From a virus (lineage: Duplodnaviria > Caudoviricetes), in the IMG/VR virus record IMGVR_UViG_3300020711_000011, positions 1-58,446 of that record: a DNA stretch of 58,446 nt. One strand, 5' to 3'. The translations under genes were made by a program, and so were the position numbers. Positions 39,611-48,507 of this stretch are shown piece after piece (the stretch's first letter is position 1; the number at the start of each line of letters is the position of its first letter). The notes under the pieces are model-generated. The model was not told the DNA's origin. It was given only the letters and a program-made list of their open reading frames with translations, and made no database searches.

Positions 39611-39997
39611 TTATTTAGTTCTGCTAGTCAAAGATAATTTTGCATCTCTTTCAAGCTTCTTAGCTGTTTTTCTGTCGATTGTTAAGGTTTCTCTAGTTTT
39701 AACTGATCTTAAGGCATATGCCTCTTCTAACATTTTAATTTCAGCATCATTATAACCTACTTCTTTCCAGGCTTCGATGCTTTTATTTAATCTGTCTTGT
39801 AATACGCTTTCAATAGCGTCTTGTGATGCTTTTACATTTCTTTCATGTGCTGCAGCGCCATCTTGACGCATTTTCTGATACCATGAATTAGAAACTGGGC
39901 TACCGAATCTGTACGTGTTCTTGATTCTTAAGAATCCAGCCTGTTTGTACATGCTTCTTCTTTGTCTGCGGCTAGCAGATTGTCCATTTTTACTCAT
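39611..39997 (-). CDS. Basic hypothetical protein
   Basis: 128-aa ORF with Arg-rich N-terminus (SRRQRR). Confidence 0.6.
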   Translation of the reverse strand: MSKNGQSASRRQRRSMYKQAGFLRIKNTYRFGSPVSNSWYQKMRQDGAAAHERNVKASQDAIESVLQDRLNKSIEAWKEVGYNDAEIKMLEEAYALRSVKTRETLTIDRKTAKKLERDAKLSLTSRTK

Positions 39998-40553
39998 TAT
40001 AATAGTTGTTTAAGTGTGACGTGATTTTATCTTTTAATTGTTGTTGTATAGTATTTATATCAATTTGATCGATTGCCATTTTTAAGATGGCATCAATGAT
40101 CGTTTCTCGGTCGTCATCTGAATTCTCGATCAGCATGTCTACAACCTCGATCTTTGGAATCCCAATCTCGATCTGCAGATCTAATGAGGTTGAATTCTTT
40201 TTAGACAATTTGAGAATCAGTTTTTCCAGTGGCGTCTGTTCAGGGGATTTAGAGGAAATTTGTTGTCCAAAGTCGGGGGAAATTCTAGAATCAATTTTCA
40301 TTTTTTCCATTTTTTCAATAACACTAGGTCCCTCATTTTGCATTGGTAATGGCAATTCATCCCCTTCAATAACAAACATGAACTCATTTAGTACCGTTTT
40401 GAATATCTTAGAGCCGTTTGTAAAGTACACAAATTGGTCATCTTCCCTTTCGAAGATAACTACATTGCCAAATTGATCACCCTTTCTCCATTGGTATCGC
40501 ATAGGTGCATTGGATTGTTCTGATGTTTCCACTGTTGTATCGTTTGTTTTCAT
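39990..40553 (-). CDS. Hypothetical protein (start revised to MKTND)
   Basis: ORF; revised start removes overlap with 40564..40791. Confidence 0.6.
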   Translation of the reverse strand: MKTNDTTVETSEQSNAPMRYQWRKGDQFGNVVIFEREDDQFVYFTNGSKIFKTVLNEFMFVIEGDELPLPMQNEGPSVIEKMEKMKIDSRISPDFGQQISSKSPEQTPLEKLILKLSKKNSTSLDLQIEIGIPKIEVVDMLIENSDDDRETIIDAILKMAIDQIDINTIQQQLKDKITSHLNNYYNE

Positions 40554-40563
40554 ATAGTTGCTA

Positions 40564-40791
40564 TTAGTTTTCTGATAGATTTTCGAGTTCTTCAGAGACG
40601 TAATGAAATTCCTGATCTGTTTCATGATACTGTTTTGCAAATTGTTCTAAATATCTCATAGTCTTTGAGCTTCCGATAAAGCTATCAGTCTTCTTTATGT
40701 ATATTCGATAGAATTCATTAGATCCGATCTCTTTTACCCTGTCTCTTAATTCTTGTGGATCATCGGGTACATGCCATTTGTTAAATCCCAT
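40564..40791 (-). CDS. Hypothetical protein
   Basis: 75-aa ORF starting MGFNKW. Confidence 0.55.
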   Translation of the reverse strand: MGFNKWHVPDDPQELRDRVKEIGSNEFYRIYIKKTDSFIGSSKTMRYLEQFAKQYHETDQEFHYVSEELENLSEN

Positions 40792-40819
40792 CTTCTTATA
40801 GTTTATAGTGAATAATTAA

Positions 40820-41332
40820 TTAATCATTGTTCCATACAATTACTTGATTCACTGGAATCCCTGCGCGCTCCAATAGTGCAATTCCAGTCATGTCACGATA
40901 TGCTTCACAATAAAATACTTCCTTTACTCCTGACTGGATGATTAGCTTTGCACAATCAAAACAAGGGGATGTCGTTGTGAATAGAACCGAGTCTTTAGAG
41001 GACATCGTGGTCTTCGCCAATTTCATTAGTGCATTAGATTCTGCGTGTAATACTTCATGTTTAGAAACCAATTTAAAACGGCCTGTTTCATTCTCATACG
41101 GCCAGATCTCTTCAACTTCTTCTGGATCCAACCAGCCTCCAGCATCGCCATCCATATATACTATGGTTTCGCATGTGTTATCAAATTTATGCGGTGTGCC
41201 ATTATAGCCAAAGCTGACGATCTGTTCGTCCTTTACAATAACACATCCTACCTTACGCCGTTCAGCATAACTGAGCTTAGAGATTTGATATGCTATTTGC
41301 ATATAGATCTTTTCAATTGGGATACGTGGCAT
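40820..41332 (-). CDS. dCMP deaminase
   Basis: GYNGTP, HAE and PCxxC zinc motifs. Confidence 0.92.
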   Translation of the reverse strand: MPRIPIEKIYMQIAYQISKLSYAERRKVGCVIVKDEQIVSFGYNGTPHKFDNTCETIVYMDGDAGGWLDPEEVEEIWPYENETGRFKLVSKHEVLHAESNALMKLAKTTMSSKDSVLFTTTSPCFDCAKLIIQSGVKEVFYCEAYRDMTGIALLERAGIPVNQVIVWNND

Positions 41333-41355
41333 ATTACTATATTATGTTAAAATAT

Positions 41356-41382
41356 TTATATCGATTAGTCGAAGATAGTTTC
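41356..41382 (-). promoter_or_regulatory. Putative middle-class promoter GAAAC-N16-ATATAA
   Basis: Recurring motif; its downstream element overlaps a TATAAATA. Confidence 0.6.
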
Positions 41383-41399
41383 TGAGCATTACTATGTTT

Positions 41400-41543
41400 T
41401 TATGATATATCAAGAATGCCAAGGAGCCCATTCAATCTCTTCAATAATAATTCACTAAAGTTGCCGCTTTCAACTCCAATTTCTGCGCCGATTCCATTAA
41501 GACCGATGGTCTTTAAGTATTTTGGTAATTCATTTCTAGTCAT
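41400..41543 (-). pseudogene. Truncated class I SAM-dependent methyltransferase (47 aa)
   Basis: Translates MTRNELPKYLKTIGLNGIGAEIGVESGNFSELLLKRLNGLLGILDIS*; motif I GAEIGVxxG, then stop; below the ORF-track cutoff. Confidence 0.6.
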
Positions 41544-41558
41544 GATATATGTATACAC

Positions 41559-41585
41559 AAAAAAATGGACTCTTGCGAGTCCATT
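41559..41585 (-). terminator. Rho-independent terminator
   Basis: ATGGACTC-GCAA-GAGTCCAT followed by a T-run. Confidence 0.85.
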
Positions 41586-41620
41586 GTCCTTTTAGAGAGA
41601 TATGCGAGATATTAATTTAA

Positions 41621-42313
41621 TTATGCTTTAGCAGCTGGATCCTCGTCTACTTCTGGAGTTTGAGATTGTGGTGCCAAATTAGCATCCTTAGCCTCATCAA
41701 CTTTTTTGCAGAAGGCATCTTTCATAGAATTACATGCTGCTTCATAAGCTTCTGGCGCGTAATCTTCTTTTAAAGATTTAAGGGTGTTTGCTGAGTAGTT
41801 ACCGATTAAAGAAGCGCATTCAGCCATATAAGATTCTACCGTGTGCTCATCATGATCGTCTTCTTCCCATACTTTAGCCTCGTTTTTAACCTGTTCGTAA
41901 CATTCTTTCAAAAGTTCAGATACAGTTCTTTTAGGCTCGTCCTTTGGTTCCTCTACTTCAGTTTTTTTTTCAGCGTCTTCGTCTTCATTTACCTCTTTAG
42001 CAACCACATCGCCTTTGATGTCGTTCTTAAGGTCTTTATTTAATTCAGCTGAATCGTCATGTGCAGATTGATCAACAATTTTACCGTCGAATTTGATCTT
42101 ACCAGAAACGTCTTTAGTTTTACCGTCTAATTTTTCTGCAGGGATGCCGCTTTCGTCTTTAGCCTCGTTCTTTTGTTGAACTGTTTCAGCTTCAGCGTCA
42201 GCCTCTTTTTCTGATTTAACATCAGGAGTACCCATATCCATAATGTCTTTTTCTATTTCTTCAGTTCTGTCCATTTCTGAAACAAACTGATCAAATGATT
42301 TTAAACTTGCCAT
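41621..42313 (-). CDS. Acidic prohead-core/internal head protein candidate
   Basis: N-terminal LKSFDQFVSE, highly charged, several (V/L)xE sites; GATATATA at 42358-42365. Confidence 0.55.
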   Translation of the reverse strand: MASLKSFDQFVSEMDRTEEIEKDIMDMGTPDVKSEKEADAEAETVQQKNEAKDESGIPAEKLDGKTKDVSGKIKFDGKIVDQSAHDDSAELNKDLKNDIKGDVVAKEVNEDEDAEKKTEVEEPKDEPKRTVSELLKECYEQVKNEAKVWEEDDHDEHTVESYMAECASLIGNYSANTLKSLKEDYAPEAYEAACNSMKDAFCKKVDEAKDANLAPQSQTPEVDEDPAAKA

Positions 42314-42379
42314 ACTTTTAAATTTTTTTGTGATTATTTTATTATGTTCTAAGGATTTATATATCTATGTTCTCGACAA

Positions 42380-43108
42380 TTATCTAAGTTGCCCGTTTCG
42401 GTTAATCAAGTACCTAGCAGCGGATGCCAATAGTTTTTGTTGTGAAAGTGTCTTTTCAATATGAGGACTAATTGCAATGATCTCGCCTAGTCCAAATGGA
42501 GCCCAAAGTCCAGCAATCGAACCCTTTACAAAATCTGGATGCTGCTTGATATGAGGAACCTCCTCTGCAAATTTTAATAACACTTTAAATTCTCCATCCT
42601 CTTCGTATTGCATGATCGGACCACCATGATAGTATAGATTCACAATAGGATCAGAAGCCTCAAAAACTTGCTTGCCGAATGCAGTAATTTCAAAATTTAG
42701 ATATACAACATCATGTGTCAGATATTCTTCTTGGTAATCCAATCTCTTTAATGGAATTAAATTAAGGGACCAATCATGCCCACCTGCGATCAAATGATAA
42801 CCTGCACAGACTGCCAAAAGTTTACCACCGTCAGAAATCCAATTCTTTAGGTCTTGTTTTCCATCTTCTGAGATTCCCAAGCTTTCTTCATATGCTTTAC
42901 CGCCCGGTATGATTAATAGATCTAAGTCTTTAAAATTATCTAATTTAAAGTTATCAGAGTCTAATTTAAATGGAGTAACGCTAAAAAACTTATCTAGAAA
43001 ATCATCCCAAACTTGGATTGTAGATTTTTTAACACCCTTGTCATGATAGATTCCAATCTTTAATTTTTTATCGGACTGAAATTCTTCAAATAGTTTAATA
43101 CGTTTCAT
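42380..43108 (-). CDS. Class I glutamine amidotransferase-like (BPL_N-type) protein
   Basis: LIIPGG, AVCAGY nucleophile elbow, SPHIE; N-terminal IKLFEEF. Confidence 0.75.
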   Translation of the reverse strand: MKRIKLFEEFQSDKKLKIGIYHDKGVKKSTIQVWDDFLDKFFSVTPFKLDSDNFKLDNFKDLDLLIIPGGKAYEESLGISEDGKQDLKNWISDGGKLLAVCAGYHLIAGGHDWSLNLIPLKRLDYQEEYLTHDVVYLNFEITAFGKQVFEASDPIVNLYYHGGPIMQYEEDGEFKVLLKFAEEVPHIKQHPDFVKGSIAGLWAPFGLGEIIAISPHIEKTLSQQKLLASAARYLINRNGQLR

Positions 43109-43781
43109 CTACATTATTATAATATGTTTGAACAAATGATTCAAATGTTGGCATCCAACTTTCATTAGATGATTTCATCTTAACTGTCGTTGCCTTCTTA
43201 TCTAAATTTAAAATCTGTAATTTTAATTTGTTCTTTTCAATTTCAATCTTGCTTACGGCCTGAACATCTTTATTCTTTTCAGCATGCTTGTCAGATTTCA
43301 TTTTAAAATCGATACTTTTGATTTTATCTTTGATTGAATTGGTTTTATCAGCAATGTCAGTCATTTTCTTTTGAAGACGTGCAGTTTTGCTCATATGCTG
43401 TGTAGCTGCCTCGTTAGCTTGTATAGATTCATCCATTGCATCCTCTTCTTTTTTTATTTGATCCATTTTCTTCATTGCCCAATCCACGCCTTCATCTCCT
43501 CCCCAAATAAGCCATGCAACGTATCCATTGTCTTTCCATGGTTCGTCTTTGTGCTCTGGAGCTATTGATGAGTTTTTACGATGACGATTAAACTGCGCCA
43601 TTCTTGAAACAACATCTCTTGAGAGAGCTTCTCCCTTTGCAAGTTGATGGGCTCTTTGCCAACCCACTTCGGTTCCAGCAGTGACTTCGTCTCTACCGTA
43701 CTTTTCCTTCCAATCTATTGCCTTTTTCGCATTTTTAGAAGCTGCTTTAGGATAGTCAGAATATGAATCATTTTTTGACAT
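43095..43781 (-). CDS. Hypothetical phage protein, probably head-associated (GTxVGWQRA...AWLIWGGD domain plus coiled coil)
   Basis: ORF with start revised to MSKND; late motif at 43787-43794; C-terminal MPTFESFV. Confidence 0.6.
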   Translation of the reverse strand: MSKNDSYSDYPKAASKNAKKAIDWKEKYGRDEVTAGTEVGWQRAHQLAKGEALSRDVVSRMAQFNRHRKNSSIAPEHKDEPWKDNGYVAWLIWGGDEGVDWAMKKMDQIKKEEDAMDESIQANEAATQHMSKTARLQKKMTDIADKTNSIKDKIKSIDFKMKSDKHAEKNKDVQAVSKIEIEKNKLKLQILNLDKKATTVKMKSSNESWMPTFESFVQTYYNNVDETY

Positions 43782-43799
43782 ATAGTTATATATCAAACA

Positions 43800-43828
43800 C
43801 AAAAAGACCCTACCTTTCGATAGGGCCT
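43800..43828 (-). terminator. Rho-independent terminator
   Basis: GGCCCTATC-GAAA-GGTAGGGTC followed by TTTTT. Confidence 0.75.
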
Positions 43829-43851
43829 GGAATTGTGATAGGTAAATTGAT

Positions 43852-44067
43852 CTATTCGCTTGTATCGGTCTGTTTAACCGTAAATATTATGCTAAGCGTA
43901 TTTAATTTTTTATCGGCATTTACAAATTCATCAATATAACGGTCACATGCTCGTACAATTGAAGCGCTATTGTGAGAATTATTTATTAGGTTTTCAATGT
44001 TTGCCATTGCTTCAGCTTTTTCAGCTTCGTATTTTGCTTTTAGGGCAGATAATAATAATTTTGACAT
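43852..44067 (-). CDS. Small helical hypothetical protein
   Basis: 71-aa ORF preceded by GAAAC-N16-ATATTA (44073-44099). Confidence 0.6.
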   Translation of the reverse strand: MSKLLLSALKAKYEAEKAEAMANIENLINNSHNSASIVRACDRYIDEFVNADKKLNTLSIIFTVKQTDTSE

Positions 44068-44101
44068 AGGATTAATATTTAAAAAGATTAAAAGGTTTCA
44101 A

Positions 44102-45394
44102 TTACATTCCTTGAACAATCGAAATAATTTGATTGATTTGCGTTATAAATTGTGTCTTGTTTGGTGATTGCGCTGCATCAAAAGTAATATAACCTAAAGC
44201 TTCATTCAATGCTGATAAAGCTGCCGTTTTATCATCATTATTTAATATCATTGATTGATAATTATTTGTTAAGTTATTTAAAATGTATTTCAGTCCAAAG
44301 CTCATTGCTTGATTGTAATAGTTTGGTTCACCGAATGCTGAGACAGATCTTAAATCATCATACATATTGTATACATTCTTTGGTCTATTTACCATGCTTT
44401 TTAATGCAATAGCAGTTGCCAATTGAGCATATCCATATCTAGAAATATATTGGCTAATCGATTTTGTTTGATATTCATTGTTACTTACGATGGTTCCTGG
44501 AGCTCCTGCGGTACTTGTCGTCATTCCATAGTTAGTAATCCAACCAGCATAGTACCATATTGCAGCATTGTGCACAGCATCTGGTAAAACTGAGGATCCT
44601 CCTAATTCTAAGCTCCTTCGGTAAATATCTCCGACCAACCAAACTGGTTCTAATGAACTTCCCATTTGATTATCAGATGAATTGTATACTCTTGTTGAAA
44701 CTCCGGCTGCATTTGTTACCCATGCATCATTATCTACATAATTTAAGATTCCAATCTTACCGTTATGATTAATAATTTGATTTTGCATATAGATCGCAGA
44801 GATCCATTTCATCGAATTTAAAGAAGACGCATAATTGGTAGAATTTCCTGGATCTCCTGGAAAAAGTTCATAATTACCCATTGTTGCAAATAGTGCCTTC
44901 TTTATAATCATATATGAATCATCAGCTGGTCTATTTTTAAAAGCAGCATATAGATATGGCCATCCGTTCATTGGATCGATGTTACCACTAATCAAATATA
45001 ACGTACTGTCGGGCATCCAATCATTTAGAGCCACAGTATCGCTCCAATGCGGTAATGCAAATGGAAGAGCTAATTTCGTAAAGTCCCATCCATTAATTTT
45101 GGATAAACTATAAGACGTATCCGACATTCCAAGTTGAACGTCAATACTTGCAGAACCTTCAGAAGTTGCAGATGTCAAATTTGATGATGACATTGAAACA
45201 TTTGAAAGTAATCCAAGTTGCTTTATCTTCGTAGTATCAGGAAGATTTGAAGATTTAATGCTGCTTCCAGATTTATTTCCAGATGCTAATAGGGCTGCAG
45301 TTTGTTGAGTACTTGTGTTTGATAAAGGCAAACCTTCCTTTTGGCATGATGCTAATAAAATTGCACCTAATGCGATTAAGATATTTTTTTTCAT
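44102..45394 (-). CDS. Lipoprotein of unknown function
   Basis: Signal peptide II MKKNILIALGAILLAS/C, then a Ser-rich linker. Confidence 0.8.
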   Translation of the reverse strand: MKKNILIALGAILLASCQKEGLPLSNTSTQQTAALLASGNKSGSSIKSSNLPDTTKIKQLGLLSNVSMSSSNLTSATSEGSASIDVQLGMSDTSYSLSKINGWDFTKLALPFALPHWSDTVALNDWMPDSTLYLISGNIDPMNGWPYLYAAFKNRPADDSYMIIKKALFATMGNYELFPGDPGNSTNYASSLNSMKWISAIYMQNQIINHNGKIGILNYVDNDAWVTNAAGVSTRVYNSSDNQMGSSLEPVWLVGDIYRRSLELGGSSVLPDAVHNAAIWYYAGWITNYGMTTSTAGAPGTIVSNNEYQTKSISQYISRYGYAQLATAIALKSMVNRPKNVYNMYDDLRSVSAFGEPNYYNQAMSFGLKYILNNLTNNYQSMILNNDDKTAALSALNEALGYITFDAAQSPNKTQFITQINQIISIVQGM

Positions 45395-45396
45395 AA

Positions 45397-45681
45397 TTAG
45401 TATTTTGATGAGATTAAACTAAGAGGGGCACTGATCCTTTGGTTAGTATCGTTATCAACTAATACTGCTTTGGTACGTTTGATTTCGTTTACCGTGAAAG
45501 TTTTACCAGCCGCTTTAGGATGGTTAACCACTACCACTGAACCATAACTGATAGTTCTTTTAACCGAACCAGCTTCAGTTCTACGACGCAATTTAATAAC
45601 TTCGATAACATCAACATTAAGTTGAGAGAGTTCAGCGCTAGAAAGATTAGATAGAGCTGATTTGATTTGAGAATAATTCAT
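45397..45681 (-). CDS. Hypothetical early protein (SH3-like C-terminus)
   Basis: 94-aa ORF behind a host-type promoter. Confidence 0.6.
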   Translation of the reverse strand: MNYSQIKSALSNLSSAELSQLNVDVIEVIKLRRRTEAGSVKRTISYGSVVVVNHPKAAGKTFTVNEIKRTKAVLVDNDTNQRISAPLSLISSKY

Positions 45682-45700
45682 ATTGTTTGTTTTAATGATA

Positions 45701-45735
45701 TGTAAATATAAACATTTTTTCTGACACGGTAAAAT
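45701..45735 (-). promoter_or_regulatory. Early Bacteroidota sigmaA-like promoter repeat, copy 1
   Basis: TTTTACCGTGTCAGAAAAAATGTTTATATTTACA; near-identical to 46063 and 51539. Confidence 0.75.
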
Positions 45736-46041
45736 TTATTTTTTAATTAAATCAGTACCAGTAAAAATATGACCTATTACGTACAAACCATCACTTCTTT
45801 TAACCAAATATCTTTTACATCTACGGTTTCTTTTAGGAACTATTAAGTTTTCTAAATGATGATTGAGCGAACTGCTACGTCCATAATTCAGTTGACCTCT
45901 TAATTCTACTTGATAGAATTCATCCATTGTTTTATATCGAACTGGACCATTTAACTGAACAAAATCTAAAATAGATTGAGTGATATAACCGTGTTGTCCT
46001 TCTTTAAGACGACTTTTGAAATTTTTAGTTTGAATATTCAT
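45736..46041 (-). CDS. Hypothetical early protein (possible winged helix)
   Basis: 101-aa basic ORF flanked by promoter repeats. Confidence 0.55.
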   Translation of the reverse strand: MNIQTKNFKSRLKEGQHGYITQSILDFVQLNGPVRYKTMDEFYQVELRGQLNYGRSSSLNHHLENLIVPKRNRRCKRYLVKRSDGLYVIGHIFTGTDLIKK

Positions 46042-46062
46042 ATTGTTTGTTTTTAATTATAA

Positions 46063-46096
46063 TGTAATATAAACAATTTCTATGACACGGTAAAAT
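46063..46096 (-). promoter_or_regulatory. Early promoter repeat, copy 2
   Basis: TTTTACCGTGTCATAGAAATTGTTTATATTACA. Confidence 0.7.
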
Positions 46097-46099
46097 ATT

Positions 46100-47023
46100 T
46101 TATAAACTATTTTCAAAATCTTTTCTGTACTTAAGCAGTGCAAGTTCTTTTGCCTTTGATTCTAATTCTATATCAATCAAATATCCGTGTGTATTGATTT
46201 CTTCGTAGATGTAATCGGCATGAGCCCTGAAGATAGAATCTTCGTCTTCGTTAATTTTCTTCGACGATGAATAGTGCGTTATTGGAATAATGCTGCTGTC
46301 CCATGATTTGAATGCCAGTCCAAGGGCTTCTGCTTCGGTAAGGTTACCTGGGTTGCATTGATGATGCAGAAAATCGAATGTGATCGGAATTCCAATGTTC
46401 TTATAGATTCCTTCGTATAGGTCTTCTACCGTGTACATCGAAGCCTTGTCATCATTCTCGATCACCAATCTTTTCTTTGCAGTATCATCCAACAGCTGGA
46501 AGTTGTCGCAGAATGTCCTGATTGTCTTCTCTTTGTCGCCATAAGCACCACCAATATGAATATTGATTGGATAATAAGGTGTTCGTGGCAGACCCATCAG
46601 ATCCAATATCTGACCATGCTGACACAGTTCTTTGTATGCTTTTTGAACAACTTGCGGCTTTGGAGATGCCAATACGTTAAAGGGTCCAGGATGGAACGTA
46701 AGTCTTACACCATTTTTTTGTACCGTATCACCGATACGTTCTAATATGACCTGAATCTTTTTGAAGTCTGGAAGATCGGTTAACTCATATTCTGACATCC
46801 ACGGAACCATATCGCTTGACATTCGGTACACTTTGATACCTCGTTGAATGTTCCATTGAATTACCTTTTCGAGGTCTTCGACGTTTTTAAGAGTGAGTTC
46901 TGAAGAGTACTTGATGCCTTTATCGTTGAAAGTTTTTCTGATCATCGATCTATTGGTCGTCAAGTTTTTTGATTCTTGTAACGTAAGATTAATGCAACAA
47001 TAACCCAAATTTAAGTTGCTCAT
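46100..47023 (-). CDS. uvsE: UV DNA damage endonuclease UvdE/UvsE
   Basis: LGYCCIN, RMSSD, HPG, IHIGG, IENDD, FDFLHH, HYS and AHAD motifs. Confidence 0.93.
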   Translation of the reverse strand: MSNLNLGYCCINLTLQESKNLTTNRSMIRKTFNDKGIKYSSELTLKNVEDLEKVIQWNIQRGIKVYRMSSDMVPWMSEYELTDLPDFKKIQVILERIGDTVQKNGVRLTFHPGPFNVLASPKPQVVQKAYKELCQHGQILDLMGLPRTPYYPINIHIGGAYGDKEKTIRTFCDNFQLLDDTAKKRLVIENDDKASMYTVEDLYEGIYKNIGIPITFDFLHHQCNPGNLTEAEALGLAFKSWDSSIIPITHYSSSKKINEDEDSIFRAHADYIYEEINTHGYLIDIELESKAKELALLKYRKDFENSL

Positions 47024-47025
47024 TA

Positions 47026-47418
47026 TTAATATTCTTTTTCAAATTCGTAATAGTAATCTGCAGCTGCACAGTCTCTAAAAGCATCTAAGATTAAAAAGTC
47101 CATGTTTGTTCCATTTATGTTTTCAAAGAATCGATTAAATTCATCTTGTAGATTTTCAGCAGGAACTTTAGGTTGTAGATAATTTAATACTGCTGAAACT
47201 GCTCTACCTGCAACTGTACTATCATCTGTAAATCTATAGCCTCTATAATAATCTTCTCCAGCAGGAAATGTATCGAATATTTCTTGATCTGAATATCTCA
47301 TTCGATAAAGACTAACTGCAGTCTGCACTGATGCCGTTTGGCTATTGGTTTGGATGTTAGGAATGTAGGTAGATCCGTTGCATTCGATTTCATTGATGTT
47401 AATTTCTAAGTTGTTCAT
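47026..47418 (-). CDS. Hypothetical early protein
   Basis: 130-aa ORF behind a TATATTTG promoter. Confidence 0.6.
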   Translation of the reverse strand: MNNLEININEIECNGSTYIPNIQTNSQTASVQTAVSLYRMRYSDQEIFDTFPAGEDYYRGYRFTDDSTVAGRAVSAVLNYLQPKVPAENLQDEFNRFFENINGTNMDFLILDAFRDCAAADYYYEFEKEY

Positions 47419-47442
47419 TTTTTGTTTTAGTTTTTAATGATA

Positions 47443-47484
47443 TGCAAATATAAACAAAAATGCCCAGATTAAAAAATCTGGGCA
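47443..47484 (-). promoter_or_regulatory. Terminator hairpin overlapping a Bacteroidota -7 promoter (TATATTTG)
   Basis: TGCCCAGATT/AATCTGGGCA inverted repeat plus TTTTT, immediately followed by GTTTATATTTGCA. Confidence 0.7.
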
Positions 47485-47510
47485 CAACTATTTTTAAAAA
47501 AAGTTTTAAA

Positions 47511-47855
47511 TTATTTCCAAAGCAACTGGACCGCAATTAAAATAGCTGCGATTCCTAAAGAAACCATAGTTTTTGTATTAAGACCTTCATCCATTAGGAT
47601 CCAAGTCATTACGGCAAAGATTACCATTCCAGTAGCTTGACCTAAAAATCTTGCAGGCCAAAGCTCTCCTTTAAAGTGTAGGGCAATATATTGTACTGAT
47701 TGAATAAACATATAGGACGCAGAGGTACCGAATATAAGTGATACGATAAACGGATGTTCTTTAAATTTAGGATAGATGAACTGTCCATAACTTTGAAACC
47801 ACACCAAAATTTGCGCGAAAGCCATATAGAGAAATCCAATAGTTAAATTGTTCAT
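47511..47855 (-). CDS. Small 4-TM membrane protein (DMT/SMR-like)
   Basis: Four hydrophobic helices in 114 aa. Confidence 0.6.
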   Translation of the reverse strand: MNNLTIGFLYMAFAQILVWFQSYGQFIYPKFKEHPFIVSLIFGTSASYMFIQSVQYIALHFKGELWPARFLGQATGMVIFAVMTWILMDEGLNTKTMVSLGIAAILIAVQLLWK

Positions 47856-48484
47856 TAGAATAATTGTTCTGTTTTTGTTAACAGATGCGATATGAAACTC
47901 ATTCTATGATTTTTACTAGGACCTAATGTTTTAATTGCATTAATGTGCGCTGCAGTACCATATCCCTTGTTCGAAGCCCATCCATAAATCTTACCCTCTT
48001 CTTCGTTTCTCATCCATTCATCATGTTTTACCTTTGCTATGATCGAAGCCGCAGCGATGGCAGTATATTTATTGTCTCCACCGACTATTGTTTGATATTT
48101 ATAATCATGATAGCCGTGAAATTGATCTCCATCGACAATAATAAAATCAAATTGTTGGTTTTGTTCTGTTAAACTATCCAAACATTTCTTCATTCCATGC
48201 ATCGTTGCATTTAAAATGTTGATCTTCTCGATCATTTCAGGTTCTATATGGACACAAGACCATGCGATCACATTATCCATTACCACTTTATAAGATTCTG
48301 CCTTCTGTGGTTCAGAAAGCAATTTAGAATCTCTTATCGCTGGGTGTTGGAATCCAATGGGCATTATGCATGCTGCAACGGTAACCGGTCCTGCTAAAGC
48401 TCCTCTTCCAGCCTCATCGAGTCCAACCTCTATAATGCTTGTGTTCTCGTTAAACTGCGATTTCAATAAGATCAATTTTGGCAT
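47855..48484 (-). CDS. rnhB: Ribonuclease HII
   Basis: GLDEAGRG, RDSK, VDG, IAAASIIAKV and NKGYGT motifs. Confidence 0.95.
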   Translation of the reverse strand: MPKLILLKSQFNENTSIIEVGLDEAGRGALAGPVTVAACIMPIGFQHPAIRDSKLLSEPQKAESYKVVMDNVIAWSCVHIEPEMIEKINILNATMHGMKKCLDSLTEQNQQFDFIIVDGDQFHGYHDYKYQTIVGGDNKYTAIAAASIIAKVKHDEWMRNEEEGKIYGWASNKGYGTAAHINAIKTLGPSKNHRMSFISHLLTKTEQLF

Positions 48485-48507
48485 ATACGTAAATTAAGTA
48501 TTTAATC

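Noticed and set aside
39990-40640. Longest-ORF starts for several genes (40640, 2084, 1293, 43802, 49606, 52821, 53068)
   Set aside because: They overlap upstream genes or promoter motifs; downstream ATGs fit better
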